64,000 nucleotides of DNA from OCS155 cluster bacterium AG-426-D23 (GTDB lineage: Bacteria; Actinomycetota; Acidimicrobiia; Actinomarinales; Actinomarinaceae), in assembly GCA_003213165.1 (NCBI GenBank), contig QCNO01000001.1, forward strand, positions 133,403 through 197,402, in the 5' to 3' direction. The notes beneath the pieces are model-generated. The model was given only the letters and a program-made list of their open reading frames with translations. It was not told where the DNA came from and did no database searches. The position numbers were made by a program, and so were the translations under genes. Positions 8,780 to 17,944 of the stretch are shown in pieces; position 1 is the first letter of the stretch; each line of letters begins with the position of its first letter.

Positions 8780-10247
8780 TTCTCCCACAGGAAACATTTA
8801 AATTTTTCAACTTTTCTAATGGAGTAATTAAATTTTTTAAGTCTTCAATTCTCCACTTCCAATTGCCTTTTTGAGTTCCTGGTACATTAAATCTTCCCTC
8901 AAGTCCTAAATCAAGTAAGTCTTGCACAGTCGTTACTGCTAACTTGCATGGTGATTGCCATGTCATCGAAATAAAATTCCAGACATTTGAATCATATTCA
9001 GTAATTAAATTTGTCTTGTACTTATTGAAATACTTGACTTGTTCTTTCGATTCATTAAACCACTGTTTTATTGTAGGACTATCATGAGTACCTGTATAAG
9101 CTACAACATTTTCATCCCATAAATCAGGATGAATTTCATCATTATCCTCTTTATTAGGTATTCTTTGTTGCAGTACTTTCATACCTGGAATTGTGTATTT
9201 TGTTAATATCTCAGTTGTATCATTTAGTTCAACACCTAAATCTTCTGCTAGCAATTTATCAAAGTTGACATATTTAGCAATTTTTTCAAAAAATGTTTCC
9301 CAAGGACCTTTTCTCCAATGCCCATCGAGTGCAGGTTTTCCAAAGGGAATTGCCCAGAATTGAAAAAATCCAACAAAATGGTCAATTCTTAAGTAATCAT
9401 AATTATCCAAATTGTAATTTAATTTATCAACCCAATACTTGTAATCATCTTTTTGGTGATTATCCCATTCATACAGGGCTGTATTCCAAACTTGTCCTTC
9501 TAATGTAAAATCATCTGGAACAGCTCCAGATACAAAACCCATATTTTTATTCTTATCTAGATCGAAAAGATTTTGATTCAGCCAAACGTCAGCAGAATTA
9601 TGATTAACATAGATTGGAATATCACCAAGTATGCTTACGTTATTGTTATTTGCATAAGATTTAAGTTTCTGCCATTGTTTACTAAATTCAAATTGTAGGA
9701 ATAAGTTTTTTGAGAATATATCTAAATATCGGTTATAGACCTCATCAAACAAATCTTCGGAATAATTTTGATATCGATCATTCCAATTATTCCATGGGCC
9801 TTTATTAATCTCGCTTAGTGTTAAAAATGTAAGATGTTTCTTGATATGTTCATTGTTTAGGTAATTTTTGTATTCTTTATCTTCAGTATTTATTCTGTTT
9901 GAGATATTTTTAAAAATATTATTTTTATTTTTGTAGACGACACTAAAATTTACTTCATTACTTATTGGATATGCAATCTCTGACAATTCTTCACTTGTAA
10001 AAATTTTATTTTTAATATTGTCCAAAGAAACCAAATAAGGATTGCCCAAAATTGAGGATTTACTTGAGTATGGAGAAAATTCTATATCGTCTGTAATCCC
10101 TAGAGGCAATACCTGCCAAATACTCGTTTTTGATTGACTCAAAAGATCTACAAACTCATAACTTTCTTTTCCAAGATCACCAATGCCATATCTACTTGGT
10201 AAAGATGTAGGATGAAAAATTAATCCACTACTTTTATTTATATCCAT
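8769..10247 (-). CDS. malQ: 4-alpha-glucanotransferase (amylomaltase, GH77)
   Basis: 492 aa. The N-terminus SSGLIFHPTSLPSRYGIGDLG and the blocks LPLGITD and DHFVGFFQFWAIP are typical of MalQ/GH77. Confidence 0.85.
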   Translation of the reverse strand: MDINKSSGLIFHPTSLPSRYGIGDLGKESYEFVDLLSQSKTSIWQVLPLGITDDIEFSPYSSKSSILGNPYLVSLDNIKNKIFTSEELSEIAYPISNEVNFSVVYKNKNNIFKNISNRINTEDKEYKNYLNNEHIKKHLTFLTLSEINKGPWNNWNDRYQNYSEDLFDEVYNRYLDIFSKNLFLQFEFSKQWQKLKSYANNNNVSILGDIPIYVNHNSADVWLNQNLFDLDKNKNMGFVSGAVPDDFTLEGQVWNTALYEWDNHQKDDYKYWVDKLNYNLDNYDYLRIDHFVGFFQFWAIPFGKPALDGHWRKGPWETFFEKIAKYVNFDKLLAEDLGVELNDTTEILTKYTIPGMKVLQQRIPNKEDNDEIHPDLWDENVVAYTGTHDSPTIKQWFNESKEQVKYFNKYKTNLITEYDSNVWNFISMTWQSPCKLAVTTVQDLLDLGLEGRFNVPGTQKGNWKWRIEDLKNLITPLEKLKNLNVSCGRIST

Positions 10248-10299
10248 ATCACTTCAAATATAGAGTATATAATTACTATTTAATAGTAAATAAATTTTT

Positions 10300-12231
10300 A
10301 TGGTAGAAGAACACAGTCCCGAATTCATTGATGCTGGAGAAAAGCAAAAGATAGATTTTTTTGAAGGTGATGTGCACTTAGGTCATTATGACTTTAGATT
10401 TGATTTTGACAACAAAAAGCATTTCTCAATTTCAAAAGATGGCATTGGTAGAGTAAGAGTACATTCTGAAAAAAATATTTCAAAAATTTGGATTTTGTTA
10501 GAGGATGAAGATTTCAGACCTGTCGAATTAAGAAAATATGCTGAAACAGACAGATTTATTTTTTGGGGTGTACAAGTTGAGTTTAGATCACAAATTGCAA
10601 AATTTAGTTTCGCTGCATCAACAGATGACAATTTAAATTTATATTTTGGAACTAGTGGTATTGCAAATTTTATATCACCATCAGAAAAATGGGTTTATGA
10701 CAGCAGTTCTTTCATGAGACACACAATTCCAGATTGGGTATATGGAGGAGTCATGTATCAAATATTTCCTGAAAGATTTTCAAATGGTGACAGCACGATC
10801 AATCCCAAAAATATTGTTGATTGGAATTCAACACCAACAAGATTAGGTTTTCATGGGGGTGATTTGATTGGAGTTTTGAACAATCTCGATCACATAGAAT
10901 CTCTCGGAGTAAACATATTGTATTTAAATCCTATATTCTTGTCATCTAGCACTCATAAATACGATGCTTGGGATCATTTTAAAGTTGATCCGACACTTGG
11001 AGGCGACGATGCTTTAAAAGACTTAATTAATGAATGCCATAATCGTGATATGAAGGTGGTGCTAGATTGCTCTTTAAATCACGTGCATCCAAGACATTTC
11101 GCTTTTCAGGACTTAATAGAAAATGGTGAAAACTCTAAATACAAAGAATGGTTCACTGTTTTTGATTACCCGGTCAGGTTTATTCATAGACCACACTTAT
11201 ATGCAAATACTTACAAAGTAGGGTGGGACGGCAATCAGGAAGAGTATAAGCAGTATCTTGACAAAACCTTTGAAGAAACAAAAGTTCCAATTGAAATAAA
11301 AGACGATGATGGTCCTATTGTTGAACCTTCATTTAAGGCTTGGTGGGGTGTTCCAGATATGCCAAAAATAAATTTTGAAAGCAAGGAAGCAAGACAATGG
11401 GCTCTTGATGTTACAAAGTACTGGATAGAAAATTTTGATATTGATGGATGGAGAATGGATGTAGCGAAAGAACTAGATTTTTCCTTCTGGAAAGAATTCA
11501 GAGACATTGCACATGGTGCAAATAAAGATACGCTTTTAATTTCTGAAATATTTGGTGATACATCTCAGTGGCTACAGGGTGATAGGTTTGATGGGACAAT
11601 GAATTATTCATTCAGAGAATCAATGACTGATTATTTTGCTACAAAAAGAATAGGTAATAAAGAATTTGCTGATTCACTTGCAAATTTATATTCAATGTAT
11701 TCTTTTGAAGCACTATCCTCTTGCCAAAATCTTTTAAGTTCACACGATGTAAAAAGATTTTTAAACAGATGTGGAAATGAAAAAGATGGCATACTTGGAG
11801 CAATATTTCTACAAGCTACCTTTCCAGGGATTGCGGGAATTTATTATGGTGATGAAATAGGATTAGGTGGTGCAGATGACCCATTTAACAGAGAACCTTT
11901 TCCATGGGATAATCAGCAATCTTGGAATTTCGAAATATTGAATTATCTCAAAGAACTAATGAAAATCAAACGAGAAAGCCCTATTTTCAAATACGGCCGT
12001 TTTGAATTGTTAAATGAACACAATGATTTCGTAGCTTTTAGAAGGATACTCAAGGACGAATCGATGCTGTGTATCATTAATCGTGAAAAATCTAACGATG
12101 ATTTTCAAATAATTTCAAATGCGCACAGTATTAATTTAAAGTTTGGTGAATGTACAACAAATCTTGATGATGGAAAGATAAAAATTACCAATAATTCAGG
12201 TGATATAGGAATTATAATTCACGAACAATAA
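10300..12231 (+). CDS. GH13 alpha-amylase-family glycosidase (cyclomaltodextrinase / neopullulanase-like) with N-terminal domain
   Basis: GH13 conserved regions are present: DAWDHFKVDP...DLINECHNRDMKVVLDCSLNHV, GWRMDVAKE, EIFG and SHD. An N-terminal extension of about 130 aa precedes them, as in the neopullulanase subfamily. Confidence 0.8.
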   Translation: MVEEHSPEFIDAGEKQKIDFFEGDVHLGHYDFRFDFDNKKHFSISKDGIGRVRVHSEKNISKIWILLEDEDFRPVELRKYAETDRFIFWGVQVEFRSQIAKFSFAASTDDNLNLYFGTSGIANFISPSEKWVYDSSSFMRHTIPDWVYGGVMYQIFPERFSNGDSTINPKNIVDWNSTPTRLGFHGGDLIGVLNNLDHIESLGVNILYLNPIFLSSSTHKYDAWDHFKVDPTLGGDDALKDLINECHNRDMKVVLDCSLNHVHPRHFAFQDLIENGENSKYKEWFTVFDYPVRFIHRPHLYANTYKVGWDGNQEEYKQYLDKTFEETKVPIEIKDDDGPIVEPSFKAWWGVPDMPKINFESKEARQWALDVTKYWIENFDIDGWRMDVAKELDFSFWKEFRDIAHGANKDTLLISEIFGDTSQWLQGDRFDGTMNYSFRESMTDYFATKRIGNKEFADSLANLYSMYSFEALSSCQNLLSSHDVKRFLNRCGNEKDGILGAIFLQATFPGIAGIYYGDEIGLGGADDPFNREPFPWDNQQSWNFEILNYLKELMKIKRESPIFKYGRFELLNEHNDFVAFRRILKDESMLCIINREKSNDDFQIISNAHSINLKFGECTTNLDDGKIKITNNSGDIGIIIHEQ

Positions 12232-12349
12232 ATCAAATTGTATATTTGTGAAATGTTTTTTCAAATTAAATAGAAATTTTTCAAATTCAGGATTATATTA
12301 TGCATACATTCTTTAATGAGTGGATATACGTATATACGAAAGGGAGTAT

Positions 12350-13654
12350 ATGAAAACTAATAAATTGCGATTTATCGTATTTTTATTAATGTTTTCTATG
12401 GTTGCCGTTGCTTGTGGAGGTGATGCTGCTGAAGAAACAACAGAAGCACCTGAAACAACTGAGGCACCACAGGAAACTCTTGCGGCACCTGCAACTACTT
12501 CTCCGCCACCGGAAAAGCTAGTTATATGGGCTGAAGAAAAAATTGCCGTTGCACTAGAACCATTAGTTGGTGCTTATGAAAGTGCAGCAGGAGTTGACAT
12601 AGAAGTTGTAATATATGATTTCGGTGCAATTAAAAACGATGTACTTACTGCTGGACCAGCAGGTGAGGGTCCAGACTTATTCGTCGGACCACATGACATG
12701 GTTGGTGAAGTAGTAGCAAATGGTGTAGTCGCACCAATCGATTTAGGTTCAATTTCAGATGATATATTTGAAGTTGGTATTGCAGGCTTTAGTTATGGGG
12801 GAGAGGTCTACGGATTTCCATATGCAACTGAAGCTATCGCCATGTATTATAATGCAGATTTAGTTGATGGTGTTCCATCAACATGGGAAGAAGTAAAAGC
12901 TGCGTGTGATGCAGCCGGTACAGAGTTATGTGTCGGTGCTCCAGGCGGTGGAGGTGCTGGCGATGCTTATCATAGCCATCCATTCTTCGCTTCAGACGGT
13001 GGATACATATTTAAGTTTGATGGTGGTTTTGATCCATCTGACGTAGGACTTGATAATGCATCTGCAATAGCATCTGCAGAATTTCTCGACTCTTTAGTGA
13101 AAAATGGAACAGTAGCCTCAACAGATTACGGTGCTTCTATGACAGCATTCCAAGAAGGTCGTTCATTATTCTGGATGACTGGTCCGTGGGCTAGAAATGA
13201 TGCAGCAGCTGTTAATTACGGTGTCGGTTTAATACCTACATTTAATGGCAATCCTGCAACACCATTTGTTGGAGTTAGAGGAATGTTTATATCTGCATTC
13301 AGTGAGAAGAAAGTTTTAGCTCAGAGCTTTATTTTAGATTTCTTTGCAACTGTTGATGTACAAGCAGCCATGTATGCAGAAGATCCAAGACTTCCAGCAA
13401 CAAAGTCATTATTTGCAATAGTTGAAGCTGAAGATCCAATTGCTGCACAATTTGCAGCGAGTGCGTCTAACGGAATTCCTATGCCAAACATACCTGAAAT
13501 GGGTAATGTATGGGGACCTGTTGGTGATGCAATGTTAATAATTAGAGATCAAAATTATGGTACGAATGAAGATACAGGAGTAACTGTAAATTCTGCTTCT
13601 GACGCTATGAAATTAGCAGCTCAGCAAGTAAGAGATGCCATTGCTGGTGGATAA
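12350..13654 (+). CDS. ABC transporter sugar-binding lipoprotein (maltose/trehalose MalE/ThuE-like)
   Basis: The start was chosen at MKTNKLRF, preceded by GGGAG. Signal peptide plus lipobox AVACGG are present. A PT/E-rich linker follows. The body aligns to MalE-like proteins (KLVIWAEEK..GPDLFVGPHD). Confidence 0.8.
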   Translation: MKTNKLRFIVFLLMFSMVAVACGGDAAEETTEAPETTEAPQETLAAPATTSPPPEKLVIWAEEKIAVALEPLVGAYESAAGVDIEVVIYDFGAIKNDVLTAGPAGEGPDLFVGPHDMVGEVVANGVVAPIDLGSISDDIFEVGIAGFSYGGEVYGFPYATEAIAMYYNADLVDGVPSTWEEVKAACDAAGTELCVGAPGGGGAGDAYHSHPFFASDGGYIFKFDGGFDPSDVGLDNASAIASAEFLDSLVKNGTVASTDYGASMTAFQEGRSLFWMTGPWARNDAAAVNYGVGLIPTFNGNPATPFVGVRGMFISAFSEKKVLAQSFILDFFATVDVQAAMYAEDPRLPATKSLFAIVEAEDPIAAQFAASASNGIPMPNIPEMGNVWGPVGDAMLIIRDQNYGTNEDTGVTVNSASDAMKLAAQQVRDAIAGG

Positions 13655-13677
13655 TTACTAATAAATAAATTTATAAT

Positions 13678-13704
13678 CGGGGCTCTTTATGAGCCCCGAT
13701 TTTT
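13678..13704 (+). terminator. rho-independent terminator after the binding-protein gene
   Basis: GC-rich hairpin CGGGGCTC-tttat-GAGCCCCG followed by ATTTTT. This is the only strongly GC-rich stem in an AT-rich spacer. Confidence 0.6.
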
Positions 13705-13721
13705 ATGTGATATATTAAGTT

Positions 13722-15314
13722 ATGCAGTATTCAACAATATTAAGATATCTATTTTTAGGTGTTTTTAATGGATTTGTAGTTTATTTAGTACCATTAACTA
13801 TTGCATTCGAATCATGGTTTTTACTAATAATTACAATAATTATTACTCTTCTTGTAAACCTCACATATGCGACAAATAGATTAAAACCACTTAAATGGAT
13901 AACACCAGGGATGATATTTCTTTTATCATTTGTTGTTTTTCCTGCTGCTTATAGTTTTTATGTTTCGTTTACAAACTGGTCAACAGGACATATTTTAACT
14001 AAACAACAGGCAATTGAGAGGTTAGAAGACCTTACATATACAAAAGATGATCAAAGAGGTGTTGAATTTGACTTATATGTTTTACAAGATCAAAATTTGG
14101 AATATTATTTTCTTGCAGATCTTGATAATGAAAATTTATTATTTGGAAAAGCTGTTCAAGAAAATGAATTTAATGCAATTGACTTTGCCAACCATGAACC
14201 ATCATTTAAAAATTCTGATGGTGAAATCTTAATTCCAGACAATCTATATTTGTTGTCTGGCAGGGAACAAATAGCTAATTCTTCTCAACTTCAAGAATTG
14301 TCACTTTTAGTAAATAAGAATACACGTATTCAACTTTATAATATTTCAGTATTTGGTGCATCTAGTGGGAGGCTTTTATCAGCTCAACAAAAGTATTCGT
14401 ATATTGCTGAAACTGATACGTTATACGACAATGTCAATGATTCAGCTTGTACATTAGGTAATAGGGGTAATTTCATATGCAATGGTCAAACAATCGACCC
14501 GGGTTGGAGAATCAATGTTGGCACTGAGAATTATCAGCGAATAGCAGATGATGAGAGATTTAGAGGTCCTCTGAGAATAGTAACCTTATGGACTTTTCAA
14601 TTTGCCTTTTTTGCAGTTTTTCTAACTTTTTTTGTTGGCTTACTTTTAAGTGTCTCATTAAACAAAGATAAACTTAAATTCCAAAAAATTTACAGATCAA
14701 TTTACATACTTCCATATGCTATTCCAGGTTTTATATCTATTTTAGTTTTTAAAGGTCTTCTAAATCCTGATTTTGGTTTAGTCAATGATTGGTTCGGTCC
14801 TTTATATGAATTATTTAATATTGAGCCAATAAATTGGTTTAGAACTAAAGAAAGCTCAAGGGCAGCAGTTTTGCTGGTAAATACTTGGTTAGGTTTCCCA
14901 TATATGTTTTTAATTACAACTGGTGCTCTTCAGTCAATACCAAATGAGCTTTTAGAAGCTGCAAAAGTTGATGGTGCAACTCCAAGACAATCATTTTGGA
15001 GAATCACATTTCCACTACTATTAGTTGCAATATCACCATTACTTATTGGTGCATTTGCATTCAACTTCAATAATTTTACCCTTATATTTTTACTTACAAG
15101 TGGTGGACCGCCCATAGTTGGAGCTGATGTAGCGGTTGGGTATACAGATATTTTGATATCTTTTACATATGATTTAGCTATAGCCGGTGGAAGAGGCTAT
15201 CAATTTGGACTTGCTGCCAGTGTTACCACAATAATTTTCCTAATTGTTTTATTTATATCTGCAGTATCTTTCAGATACTCAAAGCGTTTGGAGCGTGTTT
15301 ATGGTAATTTATAA
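13722..15314 (+). CDS. ABC sugar permease, MalF/ThuF-like, with large periplasmic loop
   Basis: 530 aa. TM segments flank a roughly 200 aa hydrophilic insertion. The EAA-loop region AAKVDGATPRQSFWRITFP is typical of MalF-type permeases. Confidence 0.8.
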   Translation: MQYSTILRYLFLGVFNGFVVYLVPLTIAFESWFLLIITIIITLLVNLTYATNRLKPLKWITPGMIFLLSFVVFPAAYSFYVSFTNWSTGHILTKQQAIERLEDLTYTKDDQRGVEFDLYVLQDQNLEYYFLADLDNENLLFGKAVQENEFNAIDFANHEPSFKNSDGEILIPDNLYLLSGREQIANSSQLQELSLLVNKNTRIQLYNISVFGASSGRLLSAQQKYSYIAETDTLYDNVNDSACTLGNRGNFICNGQTIDPGWRINVGTENYQRIADDERFRGPLRIVTLWTFQFAFFAVFLTFFVGLLLSVSLNKDKLKFQKIYRSIYILPYAIPGFISILVFKGLLNPDFGLVNDWFGPLYELFNIEPINWFRTKESSRAAVLLVNTWLGFPYMFLITTGALQSIPNELLEAAKVDGATPRQSFWRITFPLLLVAISPLLIGAFAFNFNNFTLIFLLTSGGPPIVGADVAVGYTDILISFTYDLAIAGGRGYQFGLAASVTTIIFLIVLFISAVSFRYSKRLERVYGNL

Positions 15315-16167
15315 ATTTATGAAATGGTTCAGAGAATTTGGATGGAGACATCTTATAGGTTTGATATTTGCGATAATTTCTTTATATCCAATTTTGTATG
15401 TTGTAACGAACTCTTTTGCAGATTTTGCAAATTTATCTAATTCAAAACTTATACCAGACGGATTTACAACTAAACATTATCAAAGTTTGACTGGAGACCC
15501 TCTCATCCCTTATTACAAATGGTTGTTTAATACGTATAAAATAGCCGGAATTGCTGGATTTCTTAATGTTTTACTTGGTACATTCGCTGCTTTTGCTTTC
15601 GCAAGATTAAAATTCAAAGGTAGAAGAGTTGGTCTTATAACTTTAGTACTTGTTCAAATGTTTCCATCTTTTCTTGCATTTGTGGCAATCTACCTATTAT
15701 TTTTTCAGATTGGTGATGTTGCACCTTTTATTGGTTTAGGCACGCATATAGGCTTAATCTTTGTCTATCTAGGAGGATCGATAGGATTTAATTCATGGTT
15801 GATTAAGGGCTTCATGGATACAATACCAACTTCTTTAGATGAAGCTGCAAAAGTTGATGGTGCAACCGATTTTCAAATATTTTATAAAATTATAGCCCCG
15901 CTTTCAAGACCAATAATTGTTGTTTTGTTTGTAATTACATTTATAGGTATCTATTCAGACTATATTCTTGCAGCAATCTTTTTGAAAGATGCGAATTTAT
16001 ATACTGTTGCTTTAGGAATCAATATAGTGTTTATGGATGACTTTAGTAATGAATGGGGAAGTATTGCTGCAGCATCTGTAATTGCTGCAACACCTATTGC
16101 TGTATTGTTCTTATTTTTTCAAAAGCAAATAACTGGTGGCTTAACTGCAGGTTCAATAAAAGGATGA
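15301..16167 (+). CDS. ABC sugar permease, MalG/ThuG-like
   Basis: EAA motif DEAAKVDGATDFQIFYKIIAPLSRP. The start was chosen at the ATG at 15301, with GGAG 9 nt upstream. It overlaps the previous gene by 14 nt. The alternative start is 15319. Confidence 0.75.
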   Translation: MVIYKFMKWFREFGWRHLIGLIFAIISLYPILYVVTNSFADFANLSNSKLIPDGFTTKHYQSLTGDPLIPYYKWLFNTYKIAGIAGFLNVLLGTFAAFAFARLKFKGRRVGLITLVLVQMFPSFLAFVAIYLLFFQIGDVAPFIGLGTHIGLIFVYLGGSIGFNSWLIKGFMDTIPTSLDEAAKVDGATDFQIFYKIIAPLSRPIIVVLFVITFIGIYSDYILAAIFLKDANLYTVALGINIVFMDDFSNEWGSIAAASVIAATPIAVLFLFFQKQITGGLTAGSIKG

Positions 16168-16838
16168 CAAAAAAAGCACTTTTTCTATCTGGAGGTTGGG
16201 AAGGACATGAACCACAGGAAACTTCAGAATTTATATCGAGTGAATTACAACAATTTAAAATTCAAAGTGAAATAGTAAATGATTTGGACGTTTTAGGGGA
16301 CATAGATTTTCTAAAAAATTTTGACATCATTATACCAGTTTGGACAATGGGAAAAATTGATGATGATAATTGGGAAATAAAGAATTCGAAAATTGGGAAC
16401 CTACAAGAGGTTATACATTCAGGAATTGGTCTTGCAGGATGGCACGGAGGAATGGCAGATGCTTTTAGAGACAATACAAATTATCAATTTTTAGTAGGAA
16501 GTCAATTTGTCTGTCATCCTGGAGATTTTGTAGATTATCAGGTAATCATCAAAGATGATGAACATCCAATTACCCATAATATTAATCACTTCAGTGTTCA
16601 CTCTGAGCAGTATTTTTTACACTATGATCCATCAGTAAATATCATTGCGTCTACAACATTTAATGAGAAATATCACAGTTGGATTGATGGAGTAGAAATG
16701 CCAATTGCTTATACAAAGACCTGGGGTAAAGGAAAAATTTTCTATTGTTCTATTGGTCATCATATGAAAGATTTTGAAAATTTAGATGTTGTTAGGTTAA
16801 TTTGCCAGGGTATTAATTGGGCTGTTAAGAGCACATGA
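16164..16838 (+). CDS. thuA: ThuA-like trehalose utilisation protein (GATase1-like fold)
   Basis: MTKKALFLSGGWEGHEP...GLAGWHGG is characteristic of PF06283 ThuA. ATGA overlap with the permease gene. The upstream Cys-rich extension in the ORF track is an artefact of frame overlap. Confidence 0.7.
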   Translation: MTKKALFLSGGWEGHEPQETSEFISSELQQFKIQSEIVNDLDVLGDIDFLKNFDIIIPVWTMGKIDDDNWEIKNSKIGNLQEVIHSGIGLAGWHGGMADAFRDNTNYQFLVGSQFVCHPGDFVDYQVIIKDDEHPITHNINHFSVHSEQYFLHYDPSVNIIASTTFNEKYHSWIDGVEMPIAYTKTWGKGKIFYCSIGHHMKDFENLDVVRLICQGINWAVKST

Positions 16839-17881
16839 ATATTGGAATTATTGGTTGTGGAGCAATCTCAAGTCAATATATGGTCGGATTTGATAAGAAT
16901 AAAAATGATGTAAATGTTCTTGCTTGTGCTGACTTAGATAATGAAAAATCTAAATTATTTGCTAAAGAGTACAATATTGAACATTTGACTGTAAATAATC
17001 TTTTTTCTAATCCAGATATAGATATTATTGTAAATTTAACTCCACCGTCTTCGCATTTTGAAATTTCATGTGAATCTTTGAAAAGTGGAAAACATGTATT
17101 TTCTGAAAAACCTGTAGCTCTATCAATAGAACAAGGAAAAAAACTTTATGGTCTAATTTATAAACATGACCGATATTTATTTTCTGCACCAGATACAACT
17201 TTAGGTCCCGCATTTACAAAAAGTCAGGACTTGATTTTATCTGGAAAAATTGGTGAAATAATCGGAGCCTCAGCTAGTTTTGCGACCCATGGTGTGGAAG
17301 GCTGGCATCCTAATCCTTCATTTTATTACAAAAAAGGAGGGGGGCCGTTGTTTGATATGGGACCATATTATTTAACTGCACTTTTCAAGATCCTAGGTCC
17401 TGTCAGTGAAATTATTTCATATTCTCAAAAAACATTTCAAGTAAGGAGTGTTGACAATCCAGAAGTTAAGTATAAAAACATTGATGTTGATGTAGATACA
17501 CATTATCTTGCATTATTAAAATTTAAATCTGGTGTTGTAGTTGATTTTGAAATTAGTTTTGATATTTGGAAACCTTATGAACCAAAATTAGAATTTTATG
17601 GATCATTGTCTTCAATAAAATTTGCAGATCCAAATAATTATGATGGTGATGTGTCAATATTTGATAAAAATTCGTACCGGTGGGAAAAAGTTCATTCTTC
17701 TACAAATGATGAAAATAATTATTACAGAGGCCTTGGAGTAATTAATATGGTTAAGTCAATTACTGAAAATAACATTTCACAAGATGAAATGTTATTACCA
17801 TTTCATGTTTTAGAAGTAATGTGTGCATTAGAGACTTATGATGGAAAGGGTAGATGGGAAAAAATCAACCCACAATTTTAA
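16835..17881 (+). CDS. thuB: Gfo/Idh/MocA family oxidoreductase, ThuB-like
   Basis: The N-terminus MNIGIIGCGAISSQY is a Rossmann fold, followed by the EKP motif (FSEKPVA). ATGA overlap with thuA. The ThuA/ThuB pairing is the known route converting trehalose to 3-ketotrehalose. Confidence 0.7.
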   Translation: MNIGIIGCGAISSQYMVGFDKNKNDVNVLACADLDNEKSKLFAKEYNIEHLTVNNLFSNPDIDIIVNLTPPSSHFEISCESLKSGKHVFSEKPVALSIEQGKKLYGLIYKHDRYLFSAPDTTLGPAFTKSQDLILSGKIGEIIGASASFATHGVEGWHPNPSFYYKKGGGPLFDMGPYYLTALFKILGPVSEIISYSQKTFQVRSVDNPEVKYKNIDVDVDTHYLALLKFKSGVVVDFEISFDIWKPYEPKLEFYGSLSSIKFADPNNYDGDVSIFDKNSYRWEKVHSSTNDENNYYRGLGVINMVKSITENNISQDEMLLPFHVLEVMCALETYDGKGRWEKINPQF

Positions 17882-17944
17882 GATAAAAATTAGAGAATTT
17901 TCTTATTGAATATTAAAATTCTTTTATAAGACATAGGAGGAAAT

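Noticed and set aside
12400-12500. Short tandem repeat GAAACAACAGAAGCACCTGAAACAACTGAGGCACCA
   Set aside because: It encodes the Pro/Thr/Glu-rich linker (ETTEAPETTEAP) between the lipoprotein signal and the binding domain of the sugar-binding protein. This is not a CRISPR or other non-coding repeat.
16053-16163. Cys-rich N-terminal extension (MGKYCCSICNCCNTYCC) on the thuA ORF
   Set aside because: It is an artefact of reading the +3 frame through the end of the upstream permease gene. The real start is the ATG at 16164 in an AGGATGA coupling context.
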